IMG/VR virus record: IMGVR_UViG_3300050821_017570
Span: 1 to 64,000 of that record
Reading direction: 5' to 3' (one strand)
Origin: a virus
Length of the DNA stretch: 64,000 bases
Below, one piece after another: positions 18,153-26,506 of the stretch. The stretch's first letter is position 1. The number at the start of each line of letters is the position of its first letter. A program made the translations under genes and the position numbers. The notes beneath the pieces are model-generated. The model worked only from the letters and a program-made list of their open reading frames with translations, was not told where the DNA came from and did not search any database.

Positions 18153-18225
18153 TTCAGGAGAGCCGATTCGAACAGCTAGCTAACCGGGTCAGAGCCGGTC
18201 CTTCTACCGATTGAAGTACTCCTGA
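18153..18225 (-). tRNA. tRNA-Gln(CTG), CCA not encoded
   Basis: Acceptor TCAGGAG/CTCCTGA; D-arm CTTC..GAAG; anticodon arm ACCGG-CTCTGAC-CCGGT; T-loop TTCGAAT. Confidence 0.85.
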
Positions 18226-18246
18226 GGATGAGATCCTTTCTAAACG

Positions 18247-18276
18247 AAAAAACCCCGAGGCTGGCGGCCTCGGGGT
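18247..18276 (-). terminator. Rho-independent terminator
   Basis: 10-bp stem ACCCCGAGGC/GCCTCGGGGT, 5-nt loop, T-run on the minus strand. Confidence 0.8.
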
Positions 18277-18360
18277 CTAGTGGGTGGTGGTACGACAACC
18301 CTTAGTCCGCCGAGGAATCCTCGTTGGGATATGGTTGATTTAGGTTTCCACCACAGAGCA

Positions 18361-18564
18361 TCATGCGTGTATCTTGCCGTCGTCATTGAGCCGGGCAAGG
18401 GCCAAACTGGCCGTCACCTCAGGTGCCTTGATATGGATCCGCTCGGGCGTATTGACCATCCGGGTATCGAGGCAGCAGTCGCAGATACCAAGCCAGCTCG
18501 AACCATCCACCGGTAGGACGGTGCCGGCGCAGTCTTCACAGCAGTAACGGGCGTGTTTAAGCAT
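18361..18564 (-). CDS. Small Cys-rich hypothetical protein
   Basis: MLKHARYCCEDC...ICDCC; start overlaps the kinase stop. Confidence 0.6.
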   Translation of the reverse strand: MLKHARYCCEDCAGTVLPVDGSSWLGICDCCLDTRMVNTPERIHIKAPEVTASLALARLNDDGKIHA

Positions 18565-19231
18565 TTGGATCCTTTGCAAAAGTTGGGACCCCCAGCAGGC
18601 TGTGGACCCAGTTTTCAATCACAGGACTCATACCTGCGATGGTTGAATGATTACTCACCACGAGATCACACCAGTCGATCGGGATCTGGTCGACCGCGAC
18701 TTCCGACGCGTGAGTCAGTTGCGGTATGCCGGGTCGATTGACCTTGATGAGTCGATTCAGAAATCCGCCGCGGCTGATTGGACGTGCCTCATCAGGAAAG
18801 CGGACATCATCGATCACGCAGATACCTTCGAACCGCTTGGCCCGATTGACCGTCATCCTGACCCACGTGTCTTGCATGAAACCATCACGGATCACTTCGC
18901 TCCCGAAGATCTGCATCAGCTCGCGACCCGTTGGATGCGGATGCGTGGCGATCCATCCTTCACCGTATGTGGTGTGTACGTACCGTTGGACCGGTACCGA
19001 CATGTTGGCCCACCAGAGATTCGTGATGGGCGCGTTACGCTGCTCATCCGTACCCCGGAACGGCATTGTGGACCCAGCTAGGTCAGAGAGAAAGTCTTTG
19101 ATCGGATCGGCGAAGCTCAGGTGGTGAACCTGAACCTGATAGTGCTCGGTGAGGTAGTGGGTCAGCAGGTCACGAATGGTCGTTTTGCCATTCCGTGCCC
19201 TTCCGGTTACCCCAATGATCAGTGGTTCCAT
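18557..19231 (-). CDS. Deoxynucleoside monophosphate kinase (T4 gp1-like)
   Basis: IIGVTGRARNGKTT P-loop, SFADPIKD, GRELMQIFGSEVIR, IDDVRFPDE; likely ATG 19231. Confidence 0.85.
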   Translation of the reverse strand: MEPLIIGVTGRARNGKTTIRDLLTHYLTEHYQVQVHHLSFADPIKDFLSDLAGSTMPFRGTDEQRNAPITNLWWANMSVPVQRYVHTTYGEGWIATHPHPTGRELMQIFGSEVIRDGFMQDTWVRMTVNRAKRFEGICVIDDVRFPDEARPISRGGFLNRLIKVNRPGIPQLTHASEVAVDQIPIDWCDLVVSNHSTIAGMSPVIENWVHSLLGVPTFAKDPNA

Positions 19232-19314
19232 AGGTTTCCTTGGACAGGATTGTTTCGAGACATTAGAGCTTTTCAAGCCATTCCCCGGGCAGGCCAGCCG
19301 GTTAATGTGATGGG

Positions 19315-20013
19315 ATGCCCCAGATCATTCCGACGGTCAACGTTCCCTCTACTGGGCTACGAGTCGTATCCGGACAGACTTCGACCAGTGGGTCAGGATT
19401 CAGTGAAGCCACGACCGTTACGTTGACCCAAGAGGTAGCCCTGCATAGCTGGGAAAACAACGGCACCATCGTAGCGGCCATCAAGGGGGCAGGCCAGCTG
19501 TGGACGAATGTCCTCTCTTCCGCCCCAACCTCCCCGGTTGCGGGCGACATCTGGATCTACACCAACGTTTCAGACTCGTCGGTCGACCTGGCGTTCTATG
19601 ACGGTGCGTCGATTCGGGTCGTCACCACCAACACAGGGTCGGGGTTCAACCCGAACGCCGGCGCCGCTCTGGTGGCTGGGTTTGCCCTCCAGATCAACAG
19701 CTCCGGTAACGCGGTCTACGCGTCCACAACGATTGACTCGCATCGTCAGTTTCAGATCGTCGGCCTAGCGGGCGTGACCGTCTCGATGGGTTCACCCGTC
19801 AGTTGTCTAACGGATGGCGACCGTCTCACACTGAGCGACTGGACCGCCGTCACCGGTACGTCTGCTCTTACCGTGGGGGCCCAATACTTTCTTCAAGACT
19901 CGCCAGGCCAGCTTGGTCTTACGGTTCCTTCGTCGGGCGTCATATCGAGAGCTGGGATCGCCATCACGGCTACCCAGCTGCTTGTGCGGCCCAACCTGAT
20001 CATCTTGCCTTAA
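19315..20013 (+). CDS. Putative virion structural/fibre-associated protein; only clear plus-strand gene
   Basis: 232 aa; APTSPVAGDIW motif shared with the fibres; C-terminal LSDWTAVTG...VGAQYFLQDSPGQL; fills a gap with no minus-strand ORF. Confidence 0.75.
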   Translation: MPQIIPTVNVPSTGLRVVSGQTSTSGSGFSEATTVTLTQEVALHSWENNGTIVAAIKGAGQLWTNVLSSAPTSPVAGDIWIYTNVSDSSVDLAFYDGASIRVVTTNTGSGFNPNAGAALVAGFALQINSSGNAVYASTTIDSHRQFQIVGLAGVTVSMGSPVSCLTDGDRLTLSDWTAVTGTSALTVGAQYFLQDSPGQLGLTVPSSGVISRAGIAITATQLLVRPNLIILP

Positions 20014-20378
20014 TAATAGTCGTCAGGGCTAAGCCCACCATCTTCATAGCCTCGAAAGAAAAGGCCCTGGCTCTTGGTGTCACTCTTGAGGCCACCAAAA
20101 ATACGCTCACCATACGCACATACCTTTGCGGTAGCGGTATAGTTGGTAGGCTGATCACGACGTCTGTTGTCGGCAACCAGGTAGCCATCAAACACTAATC
20201 GCGACAGGTGGTATTTGATCGGGATCCGCTGACCTAAGAAACGACGTCGACGTGCCCAACCATGCGCATGGTCACTCGACATGGGCCCTAGCTGTGACCA
20301 TTCGCTAAACGAGACCGAATTCCATACCACGGCTTCGTAACCAAGCAACTCAACCGCTAGCTGATACTGGTCGTGCAT
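20010..20378 (-). CDS. Hypothetical protein (likely ATG 20378)
   Basis: C-terminal part of track ORF 20010..20477; overlaps the ATPase stop. Confidence 0.55.
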   Translation of the reverse strand: MHDQYQLAVELLGYEAVVWNSVSFSEWSQLGPMSSDHAHGWARRRRFLGQRIPIKYHLSRLVFDGYLVADNRRRDQPTNYTATAKVCAYGERIFGGLKSDTKSQGLFFRGYEDGGLSPDDYY

Positions 20379-21741
20379 GGGCGTCACTAACCGGTTTAGC
20401 CGTTTGGCGGTCCCAGTGAAGCCGTAACGCGACGACCCGACACCGCTCCTGGAACTGGGCACCCGTATCGCCCGCACCTTCGGAAACCAACCGGTCCTTC
20501 ACCTCTTGTGCCTCACCGGCCAAAATACGTGCGGCCAGCTTCTGGCGACCCTGCTCGGTGAGCGGCTGCATGGTAATTACGCGGTCCAAACGCCCCGGTC
20601 GGGTTGAGATCGTGTCGGTCGCACCCGCCACGCCCAAAGCTTCGTCTACATGCTCGACATGGTTGGTCGTAATGATCGTCATGACCCCATCGGCTGGCGT
20701 GACACCCGAAATGGCATTCAGAAGGGTTGAGAAGTCCAATAAGGCGCTCTTTTCGCCATTGTTCTCGCCCGCCACGATGTTCTTACGACCATGGAAGACA
20801 CCGTCGATATCCTCGATCAGCACAAAGCACGGGGTGTTGACGAGTGCCTCGTTCCACGCGCTCATGAACTCGTTATTCGTCATGCTGCCAAGATCGAAAT
20901 GATAGATCGGGACATCGAGGTCCTGACCCATCGCTCGAACGAAACTGGTCTTACCCGTGCCGGGCGGACCTGCCAGGAGCCAACCACGACGCCACGGAAT
21001 GGCGCGCTCACGATACCATTCTTTCGAGCCCAGCCACTGACGGGCCTCCGTAATGGCCGACTCCATCTCTGGCGTCATACTCATCCGCTCAAGTGCCGCA
21101 CCGTGCTCGGTCGGCACGCCCAGCTCGGAAATCTTCCATCGGAGAAACCGAACCTCTGGTGCCGGCGTGTTGTCAGACGAAGGGGTTGACTGACTACCAT
21201 TCGGATGGCCCTGACCAGCACCACTACGCCCAAGGCCGGAACCAGCCTTGTAGTGCACGGCAAACCGGGTCTGCCCGGTCTTCTGTCGATCATTGTAGAA
21301 GTCAACAGCTCGATTGATGAAGTCTTCGGCACCAAACGTCCAACGCAGAAACGATACGCTGAATCGGTCGGGGCCGTTCTGGACCCGAGCCAGGCTAGCC
21401 CGGATGGGACGATAGCCGAACATGAAAACCAGAGACTTGGACTCAATCGATTCGAACGCAACCGCAAGATGGCGCGCCACTGGTTGGACAAAATAGTTGC
21501 CGGCACCAAACGTCCCATACCCACTCATGGGAAGCCGCTTACCTTTTGTCCAAACGTAGTAGGACAAGGCTTTCGCGAGGTCATGGTCCGACTCGATCGT
21601 AATGATCAGGAGACCAACGATACGCGACCAGATTGCCTTCAGATAACCAGACGCATGAGAAAAAATCGCCAACACACCAGTCGTGGCGCCACCTGCAATA
21701 AGCCATGGGGCATATTGCGACAGCGCAGACATATCAGCCAT
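20350..21741 (-). CDS. BCS1-like membrane-anchored AAA+ ATPase
   Basis: N-terminal TM; WRRGWLLAGPPGTGKTS Walker A; VLIEDID Walker B; FSTLLNAISG, TTNH, RPGRLD. Confidence 0.8.
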   Translation of the reverse strand: MADMSALSQYAPWLIAGGATTGVLAIFSHASGYLKAIWSRIVGLLIITIESDHDLAKALSYYVWTKGKRLPMSGYGTFGAGNYFVQPVARHLAVAFESIESKSLVFMFGYRPIRASLARVQNGPDRFSVSFLRWTFGAEDFINRAVDFYNDRQKTGQTRFAVHYKAGSGLGRSGAGQGHPNGSQSTPSSDNTPAPEVRFLRWKISELGVPTEHGAALERMSMTPEMESAITEARQWLGSKEWYRERAIPWRRGWLLAGPPGTGKTSFVRAMGQDLDVPIYHFDLGSMTNNEFMSAWNEALVNTPCFVLIEDIDGVFHGRKNIVAGENNGEKSALLDFSTLLNAISGVTPADGVMTIITTNHVEHVDEALGVAGATDTISTRPGRLDRVITMQPLTEQGRQKLAARILAGEAQEVKDRLVSEGAGDTGAQFQERCRVVALRLHWDRQTAKPVSDAHARPVSASG

Positions 21742-21745
21742 ACGT

Positions 21746-22567
21746 TTACCCTAGTTGGGTGATGATATCGTTAAGTTCATCAAACGCCTTGGTCACCGAT
21801 TTCGGTAGACCGGCGTAGCCGCCCTTCTGGCCTGAAGCCAGCGCGAGCAAAATAGCCTCAACCGTCTTGAGGGCCTGTGTGACCTGCGGGCCAGGATGTA
21901 CCTTTGGTGCCTGTATCAGATCAACCGGCTTGGCACTAAAAGCCTTCAGATCTGACACTACCGCCGGCGGTATCTCCGGAGCTGGTTCAGCCTCAGCTTC
22001 AGTCGAGTCGTCAACCATAACGGCCGGATCTGGAGTCGGTGGACGCATCAGCTCGGCTGGCGACGACTCCTGCAGCATCTTATCTTCTGCTGGCGAAGCC
22101 GCCTGAATCGCGCCACGATTTGCCAGCACTGCTGGTTCAGACATCTGTTTGAGCTTCTTCTCCATGTTGGGAGCCTTGATTTCGGATCCAGACGCCTGGG
22201 TCGCAAAGCTACGATCGAAGGCCGAAACCGGGCCAGTCTTATCCATTGTCGTCTTCGCACCCGGCACGGTCTCCAGGTTTGAGAATGCCGACTTACCACC
22301 TACCCCCATAACCGATTTACCCTTACGAGGCGGGATACCGGGGCGCCAATAGATGAAGTTAGTCGCATTATCATCCGGTAGCGTGCGGAACAAGCCGATC
22401 GGCACCTCGCCCTTGGAGTGCCACATACCTGCGCTAGCAAAATAGGTGGGCTCATTCGTGTGTGCCTTCACCTTACCATGCTGGTCAACCGTCACGCAGA
22501 TCACCTGCGGGGCTAGGGTGGCCCAATCCCAGATCTGGCCTGGTCTCTTAGTAGCAGAATCCACCAT
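21746..22567 (-). CDS. Hypothetical protein
   Basis: 273-aa ORF in tiling. Confidence 0.7.
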   Translation of the reverse strand: MVDSATKRPGQIWDWATLAPQVICVTVDQHGKVKAHTNEPTYFASAGMWHSKGEVPIGLFRTLPDDNATNFIYWRPGIPPRKGKSVMGVGGKSAFSNLETVPGAKTTMDKTGPVSAFDRSFATQASGSEIKAPNMEKKLKQMSEPAVLANRGAIQAASPAEDKMLQESSPAELMRPPTPDPAVMVDDSTEAEAEPAPEIPPAVVSDLKAFSAKPVDLIQAPKVHPGPQVTQALKTVEAILLALASGQKGGYAGLPKSVTKAFDELNDIITQLG

Positions 22568-22599
22568 AACGCCTCCAGGGTTGGTATCGTCTCAGACAG

Positions 22600-23070
22600 T
22601 TACGGATTGTCGAGAGCATTTTGTTCGGCTGCCTCGCGAGCCTTTTGAGCCGCTAGCGCTGCCTCCCATGCCTTCTCAATCTCAGCCTCTTCAGCCGTGG
22701 TGAGCTTTCGAATCACCATTTCGCGGTCACGAACCAGAGTCATCTCTGGCTGGGCGTCAACCCGTGCCTGCGACGACGTACCGAGTTTCTCGGTGGCGAT
22801 CGGAGGGGTGTCCTTACGGTAATCGAGTTCACCAGTCGCAACCTTACGAAAGTCGAGCGGTGGTCGTTGGGCCGCCAGTTCACGACGCCGTTCGAGCGTC
22901 ATCGGCTGCCCGTCTTCGGCAATCGGCTCACCTGGATCGATCGAATTGGTCACCGTGGTACCGCGCACCAGAATATTGTGGCGGTACATGTCTAGCGCAC
23001 GTTGAAGCTCAGGATTCTTGATCTGATGGACAATCGCCACAGGATCAAATCCAAGTGGGTCATGGGGCAT
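22600..23070 (-). CDS. Hypothetical protein
   Basis: 156-aa ORF, AAGGA upstream. Confidence 0.7.
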   Translation of the reverse strand: MPHDPLGFDPVAIVHQIKNPELQRALDMYRHNILVRGTTVTNSIDPGEPIAEDGQPMTLERRRELAAQRPPLDFRKVATGELDYRKDTPPIATEKLGTSSQARVDAQPEMTLVRDREMVIRKLTTAEEAEIEKAWEAALAAQKAREAAEQNALDNP

Positions 23071-23287
23071 CGTGATCGTCCTTTATCATTGTCATCAGCA
23101 GGTTCAGGTGGGTGGGTGACTCAATCTCATCCAACCCAATGATATATGGGTGCAGATAAATATTGGTTGGACAGATACAGAGACAAGGGCCAGTACCTAA
23201 CTTGGTGTAGAGGCTAAAGGTCCACCCACCAAGATCAATGGGGTCTAGCTGGCCTTGCTTGGCCTTCCGCCAGATCGATTCTAATGG
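23060..23287 (-). CDS. Hypothetical protein
   Basis: MNPLESIWRK..., coupled to neighbours. Confidence 0.55.
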   Translation of the reverse strand, partial: PLESIWRKAKQGQLDPIDLGGWTFSLYTKLGTGPCLCICPTNIYLHPYIIGLDEIESPTHLNLLMTMIKDDHDAP

Positions 23288-23813
23288 GTTCATCCAACAC
23301 CACACATGCTTCGGAACGCTCGATATCCCATGCCGTAAACCTCATCAGAGTGTTGGTCTTCTCGTCATATTGAGCCGCGACACGGAATCTGCCACGTTCA
23401 ACCGGAATGAGCGAATTCACTATCCCTATAGGAGTAATGATGCAGTAGGCGGGTTTACCTTCTTCCTGATAGACCTGCACGGGAAAGGTTGAGTGCTCCA
23501 GGAGCGCCTGAGTCGTTTTTACTCCAGTACCAAACAGGGAACGGATCCCTTCCGGGTCCTTCTGAAGTGCCTCATTGAGTATCTTGGCATAGTGGTGGGC
23601 AGTCGTCTTCTGAACCTCTAGCCGAGATTCCATCGGAAGGCGCATCTCCTGCTCTCGTGACCAAATGATCGCGTTGTGTGCGCCTCGTTGGTACCCACGA
23701 TCGAATCCGTCTTCAGCGGCTTTTTCGATCGCGTGGTTCACATACCCGCGCAGCTTGATAGCGGCCAAGATGATGAGGGTCCACAAGCCACAAACAATTA
23801 AAGTTGAAACCAT
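23235..23813 (-). CDS. Hypothetical membrane-anchored protein (likely ATG 23813)
   Basis: N-terminal TM MVSTLIVCGLWTLIILAAIK. Confidence 0.65.
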   Translation of the reverse strand: MVSTLIVCGLWTLIILAAIKLRGYVNHAIEKAAEDGFDRGYQRGAHNAIIWSREQEMRLPMESRLEVQKTTAHHYAKILNEALQKDPEGIRSLFGTGVKTTQALLEHSTFPVQVYQEEGKPAYCIITPIGIVNSLIPVERGRFRVAAQYDEKTNTLMRFTAWDIERSEACVVLDEPIRIDLAEGQARPARPH

Positions 23814-23820
23814 CTGAACC

Positions 23821-24297
23821 TCACTCGTAATGAATGATAGTCTTGCCGTCCAGGTGATCGATCTCGTGCCCAACGATCTGGGCCGTGATGAGATCGGGGT
23901 ACCTGATTGATTCAAACCAACGTACCTGTGGGTATCCATTGGTGTCTTGCCATCGAACCCTGATACGGGCTGGGCGTGCCACCGTTACATAATGTGCTTC
24001 AACACTCAGACAGCCTTCCCGCATGCTGAACTGACCTGAGCTATCGATGATCTCAGGGTTCACCATACAGAGGACCGGCACGATGTCCGAAAACGGTACT
24101 GCGGCCTCAGCCTCATACACCACGATCGCACGTAACGAAACACCGATCTGTGGTGCGGCCAACCCAATCGCATGATTGGTTCGCATGATCCCACACATAG
24201 TCTCTAAAAGCTGAACCAGCGAAGGACCAAACTCCTTCACTGGTTCAGCTGGCGTGGTCAGACATGGGTCTGGCCACTTACGAATCACGGGCGTCAT
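23821..24297 (-). CDS. def: Peptide deformylase
   Basis: All three motifs: IGLAAPQIG, EGCLS, HEIDHLDG. Confidence 0.92.
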   Translation of the reverse strand: MTPVIRKWPDPCLTTPAEPVKEFGPSLVQLLETMCGIMRTNHAIGLAAPQIGVSLRAIVVYEAEAAVPFSDIVPVLCMVNPEIIDSSGQFSMREGCLSVEAHYVTVARPARIRVRWQDTNGYPQVRWFESIRYPDLITAQIVGHEIDHLDGKTIIHYE

Positions 24298-24464
24298 GGC
24301 TTACGCGGGTCAGGCTTTATCGATGTCTTCATCGCTTCGTCAGCTTGATCCTGACCAGTCTTCTCACACGCCCGCTCGGTCTCATCCTCGCGGATGTCAC
24401 CGGTCTTCACCATGCGGCACTTGCAATCCGTACAAGGTTGCTTTGGTTCATCAGGAGGGGTCAT
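24294..24464 (-). CDS. Small hypothetical protein (56 aa)
   Basis: Manual translation MTPPDEPKQPCTDCKCR...; ATGA overlaps at both ends. Confidence 0.65.
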   Translation of the reverse strand: MTPPDEPKQPCTDCKCRMVKTGDIREDETERACEKTGQDQADEAMKTSIKPDPRKP

Positions 24465-24934
24465 TCGGCACCTAGGGTGGTGGAATCGAGAATCGGCATC
24501 AGACGGATGACAAGTTCCGGAGAGAGCTTGTTCTCGTCAATATTCAGGAGCTTCACATCAATCGGCTTCATCGAGATATCAAGCTCACAAGCCAGCATCT
24601 GCTTGAGATCAGCCTGGAACTTCTCATGGTCGGCCGGCGCCGGCATACCGTTGGCGTCCTTTGGGAGCGCCTTGATCAGCGCCATATGCTCGGTCTGGAA
24701 GGCCTCAACGAGCGAACTCAACTTCTTGCGAAGCAGTGCAAGTTGAAGACGCAGGCCAGCACCAAACGTATGAGGTACCGTGTCGGTAACGATCTGTCCT
24801 TCCTTATTGGTGACAGCTGAGCCGTCTTCCTTCATAAGGGACTTCGTGGTTCCGTGGAGCTGATCAAGCGCACCCATCAGGTTGAAGGGTTGGTAACCCG
24901 CAAGATCCAGCACATTGAGCATGGTGAGTTTCAT
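24461..24934 (-). CDS. Helical hypothetical protein, possible tail-fibre assembly chaperone
   Basis: 157 aa, helical; downstream of the fibre block. Confidence 0.55.
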   Translation of the reverse strand: MKLTMLNVLDLAGYQPFNLMGALDQLHGTTKSLMKEDGSAVTNKEGQIVTDTVPHTFGAGLRLQLALLRKKLSSLVEAFQTEHMALIKALPKDANGMPAPADHEKFQADLKQMLACELDISMKPIDVKLLNIDENKLSPELVIRLMPILDSTTLGAE

Positions 24935-24976
24935 GCCTGGGATGATAAGGCACTTCCTGCCAGCGCAAGACTCTAC

Positions 24977-25432
24977 TTAGCCCGAATGGATCCGATACCA
25001 GACCGTCCCGATAAACATGTACCTAACGCACTGATGCTGAGCCAGCTGGGTTACCGTCACGTTGATCGTATGCCCCGAACCGGCCATCAGGGTAAAGGAC
25101 GTCACGGGCGCGCCCGTGATGATGGTAACGGTTTGCTCTTGAGCCGGGTTAGCCGGTAGGGTGAGAGCGAATGCCGGAATCGCTAGCGTGTTGGTGTTAA
25201 TGACGGTGGCGACACCGGCTCCAACCACGAGATTGCTACCCGACACCCAAGCACCAACTAAGGTTCTGGGTGACAGCGCATGCGGCGATCCAGTCGGTGA
25301 ATGACCCGAGGTGGGACTTGTGGCTGGTGTCGCATGGGGCGCTACCGGTACAGGTGCTGATGTAGCCGGATGTGGGGCAGCCGGCACAACAGGTGGTCTC
25401 GGCGGAACGGGCGAAGCAGGGGGTGTGGTCAT
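24977..25432 (-). CDS. Pro-rich N-terminus plus beta domain; paralogue of 25483..25917
   Basis: TLVGAW...LTLPANP...LMAGSGHTIN...AQHQCVRYMFIGTVWY. Confidence 0.75.
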   Translation of the reverse strand: MTTPPASPVPPRPPVVPAAPHPATSAPVPVAPHATPATSPTSGHSPTGSPHALSPRTLVGAWVSGSNLVVGAGVATVINTNTLAIPAFALTLPANPAQEQTVTIITGAPVTSFTLMAGSGHTINVTVTQLAQHQCVRYMFIGTVWYRIHSG

Positions 25433-25482
25433 GATGGTAGCTTACCGATTGAAAACTGATTGGGAGATGAAGAACACATTAA

Positions 25483-25917
25483 CTAGATCGCAGTACCGCG
25501 CGAGTGACAGCAGTACCAGGTGTTACCGATAAAGATGTACTGAAGGTATGCGTGCTGGGCGAACTTCCTAGGTAGCAGGTTGATCAGATGACCAGTCCCA
25601 GCCACGAGAGTCAGCTCTTGAACCGCACCAATCGTTAGGATGGCGATCTCTTGCTCCGAAACAGGGCTTGCTGGCAAGACGAGCGTGAATGTCTCGATCA
25701 TCGAGGGATTTAGATTAAGAACCCGTAAAATCCTAGATGGGACAATCAGCTGAGCTTTGGTAGTCCACGATCCGATCAGGGTCGATGAGGAAGGAGCTAC
25801 CGGCTTAGCAACCGGTGCCAGCTCAATCGGAGGGGCTAGAGGCGCCTTCTTACTCTCGGGCTTCGCCTGGGGGGTCGGACGATTAGGCGGTGGCGGTACA
25901 AATGGGGTGACCGGCAT
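25483..25917 (-). CDS. Pro-rich N-terminus plus beta domain; paralogue of 24977..25432
   Basis: TLIGSW...LVLPASP...LVAGTGHLIN...AQHAYLQYIFIGNTWY. Confidence 0.75.
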   Translation of the reverse strand: MPVTPFVPPPPNRPTPQAKPESKKAPLAPPIELAPVAKPVAPSSSTLIGSWTTKAQLIVPSRILRVLNLNPSMIETFTLVLPASPVSEQEIAILTIGAVQELTLVAGTGHLINLLPRKFAQHAYLQYIFIGNTWYCCHSRGTAI

Positions 25918-25921
25918 ATCG

Positions 25922-26497
25922 TTACTCGTATATGAACGACTGGGCTAACGTATATCTGTTAGGCCCCATAATAACGGTGAGGTCGATACAGTCACCTTGG
26001 ATGCCAGCCGGAGCCACCACAGTGGCGGCCTCAGCGGTCGTTACGGTTGCGGCAACCGGGGTGCCTTCGCCGAACGATACCATCATGCCGGTCCCAAAGC
26101 CGGTTCCACTCAACGAGACCACCGTTCCGCCTGCCGCCGGCCCCACGCTAGGGGAACGAGTAATCAACGTAGGGTTGGGCCACACAAACGACCTGGTTGG
26201 CATTCTGGTCTTCAGCAAATCCATCGCCGCAATGAGTGAACCCTGGAGGGACTGATACTCTGGGCAGAGGATAAGGAACTGCTGTAGGTTGAACGTATAC
26301 GGGGCGTTATATTCAACGTCCTGAACATTCACAATGGTGGTGTTGGGCCACGGGGTAGCGGTGGCACAATTCACTATCTGGCTGATAACCGTGAACTGCG
26401 GAATCCCACTGACAGGAATAATCAGTTGCATCGACGCAGTGATTTCCTGCGGATACAGGGTTGACGGGACCGTAACGGGTGGGGAGACGATGGCCAT
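25922..26497 (-). CDS. IPT/TIG (Ig-like) domain protein
   Basis: SPSVGPAAGGTVVSLSGTGFG...VSFG...TVVAP. Confidence 0.75.
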   Translation of the reverse strand: MAIVSPPVTVPSTLYPQEITASMQLIIPVSGIPQFTVISQIVNCATATPWPNTTIVNVQDVEYNAPYTFNLQQFLILCPEYQSLQGSLIAAMDLLKTRMPTRSFVWPNPTLITRSPSVGPAAGGTVVSLSGTGFGTGMMVSFGEGTPVAATVTTAEAATVVAPAGIQGDCIDLTVIMGPNRYTLAQSFIYE

Positions 26498-26506
26498 ATG
26501 GGTGCT

